Positions 1 to 15,300 of a stretch of DNA of 64,000 nt are shown here, piece by piece. Origin of the DNA: Mytilus californianus (taxonomy: Eukaryota); NCBI RefSeq assembly GCF_021869535.1, contig NW_026262668.1, positions 133,610,001 through 133,674,000 on the forward strand. The letters run 5' to 3'. A program made the position numbers and the translations under genes. The notes under the pieces were generated by a model, which had not been told where the DNA came from, made no database searches, and saw only the letters and a program-made list of their open reading frames with translations. Every line of letters begins with the position of its first letter. Position 1 is the stretch's first letter.

Positions 1-337
1 AGTGTAAGTTTTCAAATAATTCTTGGACAATTGTATAAGACTACTGAGTACACATACAAAAAAAAAATCAATATAGCATACCTCTGAAATTCTGAATAAC
101 TAACTGTTGACAGATAATACTTCTTAGAAGCCTTATGTCAGATGTGAACCCAATGATTCGCATTTACAAAAAGTGATCAGATTTTATTAGGTTAAGAAAT
201 AAGTAAACTGCTGAAACATTAAAGAAACCTAATATGATATATATTGTAGTTGCAGAAAAAATTGTTTGCAGTATAGACCTTTTCAAAATGGCTATATCTT
301 AAGAATAATCATTTATTATTGTTTTTTTTTAATCCAG

Positions 338-380
338 GTACACTTGAGAAAAAATATCTGATGAATGTTGTCAGACTTGA
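338..380 (+). CDS. Exon 1: 43-bp mini-exon, 3' part of a split type-A exon ([15 protein letters not shown])
   Basis: ccag acceptor, gtgagt donor; same 43-bp size and 1-2 phase as 36990..37032 and 40576..40618. Confidence 0.75.
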
Positions 381-3300
381 GTGAGTAATATATAGACATT
401 TTGTTGTATGAGTCTTTTAGCGCTCTTAGTCTACTTTTGATAAAAATAAAGATAGCTATATATTTGAGATCCAGGTGCTATCATATATCTCTGTATACAA
501 CTATTCTAAACAATTTCTGCATTCAACAATTTTTTCAGGAAAGTTCTATTTCCACGTTTCTCATTCCATTATAATGGAGCCTGATCATCAAATTGGATAC
601 AGGAAGTTTAGATAAATAAAGTCTTGTATCTTCAATGTTTTTCACATTTTTTTGCTCTTCCAAAATTATTTTAATAAAACTATATGCCCCACATCAGTAT
701 GGGCTTTGTAAGATCCATTATTTGTATCTGAACTGAATCACATAAAATATAAACCTTAAAAATACTTTTTAATAATGAAATTTCAGTATAGCTTTCCATT
801 ATTGTGCTATTTTAGAAGCAACTGTTAGCTGTACACATGTTTCTTCTTGTTTGTTACAGATATGTTATAGATGATCTATCAGTAACATCTGAATACCAGA
901 TAAGCCTAAATATAAGTATTTGTTTTGAATCAAAGAAGACCTGCTATTTGAGTATGAAGGTTTTCGATCATTATAAACTTCCAAAAGTTTTCTGTAATTG
1001 GGGAACAGGATTTAAAATACCTGGTAAGTCCTATGATAGTTGTAATTTAAAAGAAGAGGAATTTTCAGTGATGTCACCTGAAACTCTGAACACACAAGAT
1101 TGGAAAGTCGGTTATACAATACAAGTTTTCTTTACATGTAGGAATGTTTCCATTTAAACATATATCATACCCCAGGAACACACTCTGAAAAAGGGGCAAT
1201 CATCTAAAGAGGAAATCTTAACAATACTTTATTTTAAGAGGTCTACACAGTTAGTTATACAGCTCATCGTCCCTGAGGCCCATATATTAGAATAGGATAA
1301 ACAAAAATGCAAACATTAGTAAAAAAGTGAAGTATAAAGATAGTTTAAAGTCAAGTTCATTACAATTGGATAAAATGTTATAAAAAAATTAACATGACAA
1401 AATAATTAATATTTAGCATATTAGCAATTGGTTGATTTCAATAAATGATCTGTTATTTTGTATTTGTCAAAATTAGTATTTGTAATATTTCTTTTCAATG
1501 TTTACTTTCACTGTCCAAAAACAATCACCCATACATGAGATATTGATGTACCTTCAAAGGTCCTCTGTGTGTGTTAAATGAGCAGACAGTTCAAGTTTTG
1601 TGAAGAAAAACAAAATTAACATTGTTTGAATTACTAGTATACTGCTAGTCTAGTCAGATAACTTTTAAAGAATTTAATATCAATTTTCTTTATAGAGTTT
1701 TCACTTACAAAATTCTTGGAGGAACAGAAAGAAGAATTATCAGAACAGTTATCAGCATCTGTAACTCAGACTTTATTCAATAAACTTGGTTTATCAGAGT
1801 TCTTCCTGGATAACCAGTGTGACAGAACTAGGGATCCTTTCCTTACTGGCTGGAGAAATGGTAAGTGAAAAAGTGCATGTTCATATTTTTGTAAAAATGT
1901 ATAGCTATTTAATTGTATCTAGCTTTTGTCATCCTTATCTTCAACAGCTTTCTTTTATAAATATTCAAGATTTGCATGCAGATTTTATACAGATTTGCTC
2001 CTTCTTGTTTGGACATGTTTTAATCATTTTTATACGCCCAATTACGGGACATATTATGGTATACTGCTGTCCGTCTGTCTGTCCGTCTGTCGATAACATG
2101 TCGGACAATAACTCAAAAACGCTTTAACCAATCTGCATCAAACTTTGGTGAATTGCTTATATCTACTGACATGAGCTCCCTTTCGGTTTTTGGTGGAAGA
2201 AGACTTTGAAGTCTTCTGAAATCCTATACTGCCGGCTGTAAAATCTTTGAACCGTCACCAGGTGTGTTGCCGTCTCATTTTCTGTGCTTTACTATTTCAT
2301 AACTTCCGTTCCATATCTTGACACCGATGTTTACACATGATCGGTTTCGAGTTAGTCAAATAGCATCTGCATCATTGTATAAAACAAATGTACAGTTAGA
2401 CTTGAAAAACAATCACTATCGTTAGTGGTATAATTTCTCATGTTTTAATGTTTTAATATCTGCCTTTTTATTATGTCAATTATAAGATTTCATCTCATTT
2501 TACATGTACATTATTTATTATTTACTTGTAACCAGATGTTTTTAAAGTAGATTTGGTAGTCTGCATGTGTTAATTTAATTATAATCCGAAACTAAGTCGA
2601 ATGATTCAGCGCCCTTTATCCACTGCCGTTTCTCGTTGGAGTAATTGGAATTAAATAACTGGATTATTCGGGTTAATCCAAACCTCGTTGGTTTCGTATT
2701 TGCGCATGTGCATAAATGGGAAATTTAATTGTGCATCCGAAAGTTTCAAAATAATGATAAACAGAATTTTCATTAATTCAAACAATGCATCTTATGGTAA
2801 TTTCAAGTATCTACGCTGAGAGTACGACTTCAACTCAATGATGCTTGAGTTGTTCCGTCTGTGTTCAGATCTTTAACGCAATCAAGTCATATTCCGGTTT
2901 TAGAAAACATGCGTTTTTTCAAACGAAAGTTAGAATATATTTCAGTATGTTATTGCGATAATAAAGAGTCAAAAGCACACGTAAATCTGCTGGTGCTTTT
3001 CGCTTCAAACAATGCACTGTCAGTTGACAGAAATATCAATGCATGAACTAATGTCAGTTGACAGAATCCATATCAAAAGTACGCATATTTTATGTCAATC
3101 ATTGTCAGAATGTCCTCAATGATTACCTTTATTGCCATTACGTTTCAAAGTTTGAAGTGATCAAAAACGGGATTTAACATATAAATAGTCCAGCTTTTTA
3201 CCTTTATTCGTCATGAAGGTACCCCCATTACGACCCTCGAGTACGGAACCAATAATTTGTTGCCGTCAATCATTCATGAAACATTTCAGAAAATGACCGT

Positions 3301-6300
3301 TTGATGCCTGACAGAAAAGTGCATTCCTACCCTTGTACTTTTGTGTAAAAATATTAGACATGTTAGATGAAAAACAGATATTATTAACAACAGCAAATTA
3401 GTGGTTCTATTTACATTTGACAGAAAAACTTTCAAGTGAAACCTAATCAATTACTAGTATAATTGCTTGCATCAGGTTGACCATACTGAGACGAATGTAT
3501 TGAATTATAGAAAATTTAATTTGAATCTACAGTATTGGTAGATTTTTTAGTTTAGTATAGTCAGTTTTGGTTGAGACATGAGTATTATTAAAAAATATTA
3601 TTTTTGAAGAAAAAATACGTCAAAAGCAATAATGAGACAGAGCAGGCTGGGTTGGTGTGGGCTGCTTTCACGGTAATTCAAGTTACCGTGAGATGCATCT
3701 TCTTCCACCTCAGAGCTATCAGCTCTTTGATTATAAATTTTAGATTTTAGTTTCTGAGTTATGGGATTTTATTCATTAAAAAAAGGGGGATTTTCCAGTT
3801 TTCGGACAATAACTCAAAAATACTTTCACCAATTTGCAAGAAACTTTGGTGAATTGTTTATATCTATTGACATTATGCCTATTTTGGACAGAATTGAATT
3901 TTTATGTCTCAAATTTTCCATGTGGGGACTTTTCATTTTTGTCATTAAATGCTTTCAAGTGTAATTATTTTGTGCGATATGTTACCATACAGTACTATAT
4001 AAATAAATTAAGATTGTGATTATTTGTTAACCCCACCCCCCTAAAAAGCAAACAAGAAAAAAAGAAAAAAAAACTATATTAAAAAAACATTAAAAAACAT
4101 ATTAAAAATAGCAAACCCTACACAATGTACAATCCTTACTATAGTTATTTCTAGCTTCAGTACCTATATAAAGTCTTGTAGAATCCTTATATTTATAAGT
4201 CTTTATTCTATGTCTATTTTGGATTTTGATGTGATTTATATTTTAGAATGTCCAGATTTAGAATTGATCTTAATTAGTCCCCTACCGACGAAGTCGAAGG
4301 GGACTTTAGGTTTGCACTCTGTCCGTCTGTCCGTCTGTCCATCTGTCCGTCTGTCCATCCGTCAGTCCAGAAAATCAGCTTTCCACACTTTTTTTCTTCG
4401 TTCTTGAAGATATTGATTTGATATTTGGTATATAGTATTATCATGACAAGTTATAGATCAGGTTCGAATTTTGTTCTGGTCTGATGATTTAGTCCAGAGT
4501 TATGGACCATAACTCTGGACCATATCTAATGTTAGAGTACTATGTTAAACCATATTTCTGTACAAAGGGAGATAACTCATTTTTAAAAAGACATTCTTTG
4601 TTAAATTATTTGAAGAATTTTTTGGCAGGTTTGTTTGTTGTTTCATGTATTTAGTATAAACTACTTTTCTGAATGCTATATATATATATAAAAAAATTAT
4701 GAAGAGAAATCCTTTAATTAGATAATAATCTATTTTTATTAATGTATATATTTCAATACATTACATTGTGTAGATAAAAGTTGTTGACATTTTATAGATA
4801 AGTTACAAATCTATATTAGTTTGTGACAAATGAAAGAAAATATATTTGGAACTATTAATTATATTTGATTATAATTTGAAAATAGATATACACTGTATTA
4901 CATCATATCTAATTTTAGAGAACTATTAATCATATCTAATGTTTTTTCATCATGCTTATATGATATTGATTGATAATTGGTATATAGTTTTATCATGACA
5001 AGTTACAGATCAAGTTCATATTTTTGTTTCGGTCTAATAATTTTGTGCAGAGTTATGGTCCTTGGACTTGAAAAATTCACTCTTATAATCAGTTTTTAAC
5101 ACTGTTTTTAGTCATGCTTGAAGATATTGACATGATATTTACTTTTTGTTTACACCATGACAAGTTATAGAACAAGTTAGCATTTTGTTCCAGTATAATG
5201 AATTTTTACCCGGTAGGGGACTATGTATTGCCATGCAATACTCTCAGAATGCTTGTTTGATTTATTTTAGATTGTCCAAGTAGTGATTTGTCACTAACTT
5301 TACCATCATCAGTATCCTGTGTTGTGCCAACTGACTGTTCAGCCTTAACCTGTTGTACAGACATAAAGTTAATCAGTCGTTCTATTAGTACACACATAGC
5401 AATCGATCCCTGCAATTACACCATGAGTATAAGTATAGAAAAGCTACAAGTACATGTATCTTTACTGAAATACACATGGGGAAAAGAAAAACAGTTTACA
5501 CTACAAGGTGGAATAGTTTTCAAGTAAGTTTTTAAAATATTGTTCAAATTAGATTTAAAAGTTGAACTTTATTTCTTCAGTCATGAAGACAAACTGTAAG
5601 GGAAGTAATGTAATCATATGCCATGATAATGGTTTGAAACCACAGCCACTTGTCTCAGCCTACCTTTATACCTTTATTAATACAAGTTACTCAACTTGCA
5701 TTTTCGTGTAATGACACTTGGTCATAATATTTTTGTCATTTCTCTATCAGTGGTGGTCTATGTAAATTAAACTTATTATGCTGTAAATCTTCATTAATTT
5801 ATCTACACAATGGTGTATAAAATGCCTATCTTTGCTGTCTGAATTATTGACAGGTCTTCCAAGTAGGATATGGACCATTTTCTTAACAAATTACTGAACA
5901 TCACATTCCTTATTTGATATGACTGTTTAGAAAGACTAACTGCCTTGGAAGATCCCTATTTGATGATAGCAAAGCATTATGTCTTTCAGGTTTTTATACA
6001 ACATACCAGTTATTTTCTTATTTCTATAATCAGTGCTCTCCTATTATGTAAATCAGAAACTTATTTTCATTTAGGTATAATATATACAACTTAGGAAGTG
6101 AGAAGATGTTTATGGTAGATCTGAGCTTACATATCTGTTTGGAACAGAGTGATCCCAATAGCTGTGTTTTTAATGTTACTATTTTGAAGAATGCTAAACT
6201 TCCCAAACCACTATGTAACTTGGACATGGGATTCAAACAGGACGGTAAGTTTCTGTGGAAGAACTGCAGTACTTAACAAAGATATTTTCCCACACTGTCT

Positions 6301-9300
6301 TGACAAGAGAGTAGTTTTTGTTTGGAAACACAGTTAAACTAATCAAGTAATTATTATCACAACATCTCATTCAGGGTAATGTGCAAAGAAAACATGTAAA
6401 CTTTCAGAATGAGTGACTTGAGCAATAACTGTGCAATAATAGAAATGTAACCAATATCCCAGTCATAAGTTTAGTTTTGAACTCCTTAACCAAGGCTAAA
6501 TACAAGTAAGTTTTTTTTATTTATGCATGACTTTAAATGATTTACTGTATTGTTGGTATTTTGTTTTAGATTTCTCCTTTACCAGCTGGCTAACAGAGAA
6601 CAGTATAGTGAACACAGGGACATTAAAGGATATCTTTGTCATACAACTTCTGAGAGAACTTGGCGTAGATCAGTATATGATGTCACCCCCCTGTGATGCA
6701 CAGGCTACACCGTATTCTCCTACAAATAATCAGGGATGGAATTTAAATAGTATGTATTACTGCCAAATCTTCTTAAAAGAATGTAAATCCTTAATTTACT
6801 GTACTAAAAATATAGACAAATGTGTACAGTTCCTTTTTGTTATTTTTTTTTTACTATATAGAAAGTAGATTGGAAACTTAAAACATTTTATTTTTTGGTT
6901 TTTACATGAGTGATTTTTTTAAGGTTTTGGAATTCACAGTTGCTGCATATTCTGTTTACATTGCAGTAAACCTTAAATATGTAAAATAATATATAGTCTA
7001 GGTCAATGCAATAGTAATTATCTGTGAAATATTCTCTCCAGAATGTATGTCTAGTAAACCAGTGATGTTAGGGAAGCTACCATCTGATACTTCCTGCTAC
7101 CTGTCGGACACATGTACAGGTGTACACTGCTGTATCCAAATAAACCAGTTAGGACGAGCCATTACTGTGTACTTAGACCTGGATTCATGTCACAATACCT
7201 TTACAATTGGCATAGAGAAATTCATCCACAAGATATCTATTCTGGAAATAGAGTATGGTGCTATACACTCTTTCTCCATGTTTGGATTTGTAAACATAAA
7301 GTAAGTTTTGTAGATATCATTGATTTTTTATAGATTAAAATTTTGTAGAGAAATGGAGTGACACATCTTATCATCAATTGATGCCTGTTCAATGTTTGAG
7401 CCAGTTTAAAGTTACAAAAAGGAGCAAAGAGAGATAATTTTATTAGGAATTTTTATATCCAATGTAAACCTTACTTTTATACAAGATTATGGTTTAATTA
7501 TGTATCATTCACCAAGGTAATCTATTTAAATTTTTTCTGATGTGACATGACAAAAAAGGTTTTGAATTGATTTTGTTTTCCAGTTATAAGATAGAAGAGT
7601 TATACAATGAGGGGATGTTTATAGTCAGTATGACAGCTAGTGTATGTTTAGAATCTAACGGTCCTTGTGAACTGGAGATACAAGTGCTGGATAATGTCAA
7701 ACTTCCAAAACCTTTATGTAACTTCAATCAAGGATTCGCTATACCAGGTATAGGTCTATTTAAAGATAGTTTCAATGTTTATTAAGAGAATTTGTAACAA
7801 TAAGGCCATATGAAATGAGCCATCTTTTAGCCATGACATTTATAAATGCGGAATATCTGATCTTTTATCTTAAATTAACTTCGTTCATAATATATAACTT
7901 TACTACATAATTTCATATGTGATGTCACTGTGTCATCTAGATAGAAAAAATTAAAAGAAGTATATATACATGAGACATAAACAATAAAATTTTCAGAAAT
8001 TATAAATAAATTAAAAGAAATAGAACTTATGTCACTGTTTTCAATCTGAAAATTGCTTAAAGGTGATGATCTACGCTCACACCTTACAGCAAGGTCAGGA
8101 TGACTCAATTATTTGTGAACAAAGACATATTTTACAGTTACAATATATCAATGATACCTAAAATAACCAATTCATGATATCAATAGCTCTGCTGAGATTT
8201 TTGGTTTAGTCAATTAAAAAATGATTTCCTTGTGAATATTCAAACATTTCATTGTATCTACAGTAACTGCATATTCCACAAAAAAGTGTTGTTTCTTTTT
8301 TTTGCTATGAATTGAATGTTTTTGTATAGAAAACTTTTTTTTTTAAATGTATTTGCCTATTTTTTTGCATAAAAAAAACAATATAATTGAAATAAATTAA
8401 AGTTGGAACTCTTTTTCCTATAGATTTTTCCCTGGCTTCTTGGTTAGATAAGAATAAGGTAGATATAAAACTACAGTTACAATCATATGCTAGAGACTTA
8501 CTGATGGAAGAACTTGGAATAGCTGGGTATTTACAGAGTCCACAGTGTCAATTCTCAGACTACCAGTTAAATACAGACAGATGGGACATAGGTAGTAAGT
8601 ACACACCTTCTTCTCTCTGACCTAATAACAATAATCTCTCAAAGGTATTTGTTTTTGTTTTTATTTTATATTTAGTTTTCTTCTCAAGGCTCAGGACAAA
8701 TGAGAGTGCAAAAAAACAAATTCTCAAAAATGCTTTCTTGCACATCTCAATGATATTGTATGACAGAAGAAATTTGAAAAAAAAATCTATTTTTCCTATC
8801 AATTTAAAAATAAAAAAACCATTTGATATCAACTTATGACATTTTGCATATACAGTTTTCGGAAAAAAATATTCATTGTAAAACAATTCTTTTTTGTTGG
8901 TAATTTCAATGTAAACATATGTAACATTAATCAGTGATTTGTATGACTTTTATAGTGTGTGGAGCAGACTTGTCATTACCTACCCTCCCTAAGAATCTAG
9001 CCTGTAGGTTACCAGATTATTGTACAGGGATACAGTGTTGTGTGTATATCCCTGTCCTAGATATGTATGTAGAAGCACATCTTCTACTGGATATATGTGA
9101 TTTGAGACTCAGTATTGGATTGGAGAACATGGTCATCAATGAATCCTTGGCGCATTACAATTATAATACAGAGAAAATCGTCTCACTTGGAAATATGGTG
9201 AGATTAAAGTAAGTATAGATATCTGTCTTGTTTGATAAGAAAGGAATTACCAACCTTGTGTTTTCATCAGATTTACTGAAATAGACTTTAATTTGGTTGA

Positions 9301-12300
9301 TTGATTGATTGGTGTTTAACACCACTTTCAACACTTTTGTGCTATTTCGTTGAGGATGCTGGAGTGCATGGAGAGAACCACCGACCTTTTGGTGGGAAAA
9401 CTGACAATCCTAGTAAATTAAGAATGGGAGTTGAACTCACCTGCTGCGTGCTCAAACTCACAACCTCAGTGTCACAGGCTAGTGATACAGTAGTTACAGT
9501 ACTTAGACCACTCGGCCACCGGGGCACCTTAATTAGTTGAAGGTCTTGATTTTTAAAAGAAAACTTGGACTGACTATACTTATTCTGCTATATTTTGGGT
9601 AAACTGGTGAAGTCACAGTGATCTAAAGGAAAACTTCATACAGCTAATTAGGCAGTATACAATTTACATGATTTATGTCTTGGTTTAAATTCAAATAAAC
9701 AAACATGAAATTGGTATATTTTCCTTAATTGATAAGACTAGAAACAAACATATTGAGGACCAAATTTACTTAAAATAATGTATGAAATATTGTTTTTGAT
9801 AATTATTAGGGCCCCGCCTAGTGGCGGGTCGACCTATAGTGGTCAGTCTGTCTGTCTGTCCGTCCGTCCGTATCAAATTGTGTCCACTCTATATCTAGAG
9901 AACCATTATAATTTCATACTTTATACTTGTTATGTATATTAACCAACACCAGAGGGTGTGTCATAATGTTTGTACAACTTCTTAGGTCAAAGTTCAAGGT
10001 CAGCTGGGCCCACAGAGATGGCTCCCATCTTAATGATGTCTAGTTTATAATGTTTCCCTTTTGCTCTAAGACTAGCTGATAATTGAGTTCTATGTGAAAC
10101 AAAATCTTGTCAGTAACCTTTCGCCCTTTTCCAAATGTTGATTATGTACAGTTATGAGTTTGTCTTTTTTCTTTCTACAGTTATAAAATAGAGGATTTAG
10201 AAGCTGAAGAGAAGATTTTATTCAGTTTAAAGCTTGAGATTTGTTTTGAGACCAAAGGAGATTGTTTATACAGCTATGATGTATTTAAAGACACAAAGAT
10301 TTCTAAACAACTTTGTGACTTGAACAGTGGATTTCCTATCCCTAGTAAGAAACCTTAGTATTTTACAGTATTGGTCATTCAAGTTTTAACCTTTAATTTT
10401 CTTAGCTATTTTGGTTTCAAGAAATATTTCATTGTTAAGGTGGTACCAAACACCTTATTTATCTATAATTAATTTGGCTTGTTTAATTTTCATAAAATTT
10501 TGACAAAATACTTACTTTGACCCTTTGACAAAATATAAAAATTTCAAAAAACGTGAACAACACACTTTATCGGAAAAATTTCATTTGATAAATAGCAGTT
10601 TGACAAAAACTAATTTTGATCATTGAGAAGCTTAATATTTCCTTAACAATAGAACATGATTAAAACGTTCAGCTGATTTTTACAGAGTTATCTCCCTGTA
10701 GTGTTACGTACCACCTCAAGCTAGTATTTATGAAGGTCAATGGTTTGGATATTTGCTTATTTTTTAGGTTTTGTAAAATTTCCAAACATTAAGAAAAAGC
10801 TGAGAATTATTTATCCTATAAATGCACATACTTATAGCATTTTATCTTATTTATGAAAATGTATTTTTTTCAAAAGAAATATACTACAGTTATTGACTCT
10901 ATCAATTTTTCAGGGAGATAACTTTTCCACAAACATATTTTATTTAAATGGAGATTCTTTAATAGGATATTACTTCAAATATTAATTATTTATTATCATT
11001 TTGAACTTCTAACCATCTCTACAATTTTATGATGTCTCCATTTTGGATTTTATTCTTTTAACTCAGTAACATGATTATAATCTTTGGGAATTGTTTCCAA
11101 ATTACATCTGCATTTATGTCCTTGGATGGCAGTTTTTTTTTTTTTTTCATTGAACTCCAGAAGAAATCTGACATCTTCAATTGGTTCTCCATAATTGAAT
11201 GTCATAATCATTACTGATGTAAGAGAGATGATATTAGAGCTAAATGTTTTGAGAAGTTATGGCTCCTAAATTGGACATTTTTGGCGGAATAGAAATTGTG
11301 TGGGCAAGGTGAAAATAGGTCATGTCAGATCAGACAATAATCAGAGGAAGTGAAGTTGGATATGTTTATTTAAGCCATATGTGATTTTAAGGACACGTTT
11401 GAACGAAATGGACGCATTTAGGCGAAGCAGACTTGTTTGGGGGGATGTACATGTTTGAGAGTGTTTCATATATAAAGAGGAAAGAGTCTTTTCAACATCA
11501 TGAAATTTTTACTTTTAGATTTCAATTTGAATGGCTGGTTGACAAAACAGGGATTTCCTTCAAATGTAACACAGCTGTCAGAATTGATGACATCCAAATT
11601 GTTAGAACATTTAAGTATAGCTGAATATTTACAACAACCAGGATGTGATCTGACGTCCAGTCCTCTATACAGTACTGCTGATAGTCATGGGTGGAACACG
11701 GGTATGTTTATTACGTTGATTTAAATGTTTCAGTTTTCAGTTCGCTGGAGCCCTCTTTGTATTGCGAACAACATTATACTCAATGATTACAATGTTTTTT
11801 TTTTAATATTACTAAAATTTCTAAAGGATTTTTTATAAAAATAATTCCATTTTTTTTTTAAATGCAAGAAGACAACACAGTTTAAGGAGTTAAGGTCTGT
11901 TTTGTTATTATTGTAGAATGTGATGGCATGATAATGTTACCAGACTTACCCGGTGGTATGATTTGTCACCTGGATTCTACCTGTACATCTGTTACCTGTT
12001 GTACACCTGTTGCACTGATTAACAGAAATATCAACTCCTACCTGACCATTGATCCATGTAATTCAGTCTTCAAACTTGGAATAGAGAATTACCAGTTTGA
12101 GTTCTCCTTATTTAAAACAGATTTCAATGTACAGAAACAATTCAATGTGGAAAGAGTAATAAATATTAAGTGAGTATAACATTTTTTAAAGATTTTCTGA
12201 GAAAGAGAGTAAAATTAGTGGTTATGTTTTCAAAGTCAAATCCTGATCTTGATTATAGACAATGTCACGTCCTTGGACATTACTACATCGTGCATGTGTC

Positions 12301-15300
12301 AAGGTTAATAACTTACTTGAAAACTTGGGACCCTCATTACAATTTCTGTGAACAATGTATCTGGTTCTTCTGCATCTTGGTGATGATATCCATAGGTTGA
12401 AGGTTCTATTTTTAATTCTATTTAGTAGGAGAAAAAGAGTAAAAGAGGCTAAACAATAATTGAAATTTCTTACAACACCAATTTGATTAGGATGATATAT
12501 GTAGATATATATGTATATCTTGTGTACAATTTGGAGTTTAGTATGGCGTTCATTATCACTGAACTAGTATATATATTTGTTTAGGGGCCAGCTGAAGGAC
12601 GCCTCCGGGTGCGGGAATTTCTCGCTGCATTGAAGACCTGTTGGTGGCCTTCTGCTGTTGTCTGTTCTGTGGTCGGGTTGTTGTCTCTTTGACACATTCC
12701 CCATTTCCATTCTCAATTTTATTTTATATGATAATAAATGTAGAAGGCATCAAGGTTGCAATCAAAACCATGATAATAAATGGAGAAGGCATCAAGGTTC
12801 CAATCAAAACCATGATAAAAGAAAGACAGACAACATCATTGCATAAGAAAACTGATGAACAGACAAACAACCATCTACAAGATACAACGTATACACCCAA
12901 GACTACAGATTGAGCAAACTATATAAAAACAGGGTTAACATTAGGTGCTTTGGGAGGGTAAGAAGTTCTTTCTCCAATTGTGGCACTCATCTTATTGATC
13001 ATGGAAAGTAAAAGTCTTAAGGGTTAGTTCAAGATTTATAAATACCACAAGCAGATACTCCTTGTTGTGATTGTCTGTTATCTCCATGCACTTTTATTCA
13101 AACAGTTCTGTTACTTAGTTACCTCAATCTTTCTCCTAAACTTTAAAATCTGCATAATACCAATTATCATAAATAATGATATATATAAAACAGTGAATGA
13201 TTGACTTGTTATAGCTACAAGATAACAGATATACCAGGAGAAGATGTATATTACCTTGACCTTGGTATCCAGGTGTGTTTTAATAATAGAGGACCTTGTA
13301 CAATAGAAGCCACTATATTTTCTAACACTAAACTCCCCAAACTTCAGTGTAGCTGGCAGAAAGGATTGTCGAAGTCAGGTAAGTTTTACCTACAGTTTTA
13401 TAGACTGTCATATTTTTACTTTATTAAGTATTTCCTTACTTTATACCTCATTTTTGTCTTAAAAAAAGCAAAGAAAAACATAATGTGCAACTGTATTGGA
13501 AAATTATTGATCTATCATACTTTGTTCTATTATCTCCAATATTTCAAGATATTTGCATTATTTTTTGGTATATTTCAGACTGGGTTCAGCCCTAAAACAT
13601 TATTACAGTCTTAATATAAAGCAGTCAATCTGTTCCAGTTTGATAGCCATCTTACTGATGTTTCAATTTCTTCCTCAATGTAACATTATATTTTTCAGAT
13701 TGGTCATTGTCTGAATGGTTTTCCTTGAAGAGTTTCAGTCCAAACCTAACCCTGTCAGATGAAGGTATATTACAGCTGATGAAGGATTTAGGACTGACTA
13801 CGTATTTATTGGACAAACAATGTGATCCATCCAATCCAGGGTCTGTGTTTGCCACATCTTATCAAGGTTGGAGTTTAGGTAAGCAGTTTTTAGTTGCTTT
13901 TTTATTTAGGTTTTTATAGAAAAATGTTTTTGTACATTCAGGTTATAGTTCCCAGAAAGAAATACATTGTTATTATAACTGTATAGTACTTCACACTTGA
14001 AGTCCTATTCTAGTGTGTGCCATCCTAAATTCCATGGATTTCTTGAAAATTACCAAAAAATTAGAAAGAAATTCAAGTCAGATACTGGATGTTATTTGTT
14101 ATAATAAACAAAATGTTGCAAGATCTGTTCTGTCAACTCATACTCTATAGTTTTCCTCCCATGAAAATCAATAGAAATAGCCTGTTGTCGTTGAGTTTAG
14201 TGGAAAATTGATGTTTATTGCAACTTAAAAAATATGCTGATCAGTATATTATAAAAAAATAAGACATATTTTCTATCTTGTCATTGTTTGAAGTATGATT
14301 CAATGTAATAATAGTTAAATTTAAGCTAAACTTAGGGGCCATATGTGAGTATAATCATACTTACTGTACAAAATAGATAATTAATAAGTACCGTATATAT
14401 TTCATGGCAACCTGAATTTGAAAATTATTCAATTAGATTGCCATTAAAGTTTGGCAGTTGCCTATATTTTTGGGATAGATTTTGCCTTATAGTTATTTTC
14501 TTTCTTTGTAGGTTGCCAAGATAGTGTTGTTAGATTACCTCCCCTGATGGAAGATATGAACTGTTACCTTGATGAATCGTGTACAGGGATACAGTGTTGT
14601 GTAAATGTTGGTTTTATAAAAAGAAGTTTCCACAGTTTCTTCTCAGTTGATACCTGTAACTATGTGATTAGTTTTGGTGTAGAGAAACTCAAATTTGATG
14701 TTACTTTAGGTGATGTAACATATGGTGAATGGAATCAATTTGACCTCTTTGGAGTTGTCACTGTCAGGTAGGATTGCTGTATATGATATGTCACTGTCAG
14801 GTATTGCATATGATATGTCACTGACAGGTATGAATATTGTATATGATATGTCACTGTCAGGTTTTGCATATGATATGTAACTGACAGGTATGAATACTGC
14901 TTATGATTTGTCACTGTCAGGTATGAATACTGCATATGATATGTCACTGTCAGGTATGAATACTGCTTATGATTTGTCACTGTCAGATATGAATACTGTA
15001 TATGATATGTCACTCTCAGGTATCACTACTATGTATCATGTCACTGTCAGATATTATTACTGTTCATGATATGTCACTGTTAGATATGATTACTGTATAA
15101 GATATTTCACTGTCAGATATGATTACTGTTTAAGATATGTCACTGTCGGGTGTGAAAACTATATCTGATATATTGCTTTCTACTTTTATTACACATTTTT
15201 AGAGGTGAAACATTATGCAAAAAATATTTTCAATACATATATAGTTAAAGTCAATATGTGTGTAATTGTGTAATTATTTAAAATTATTTTTGTGTGTTAT

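Noticed and set aside
1-9. GTAAGT at 4..9, a possible donor of the upstream A-exon part
   Set aside because: Only three possible exon bases are in the window, too few to support a call.
4210-4407. ORF containing ECPDLELIL, like an A-exon start
   Set aside because: Runs into a HINE terminus and microsatellite and has no donor; kept only as a relic acceptor.
9440-9528. tRNA-like A/B boxes
   Set aside because: No cloverleaf; continues into a SINE body and tail, so called a SINE rather than a tRNA gene.
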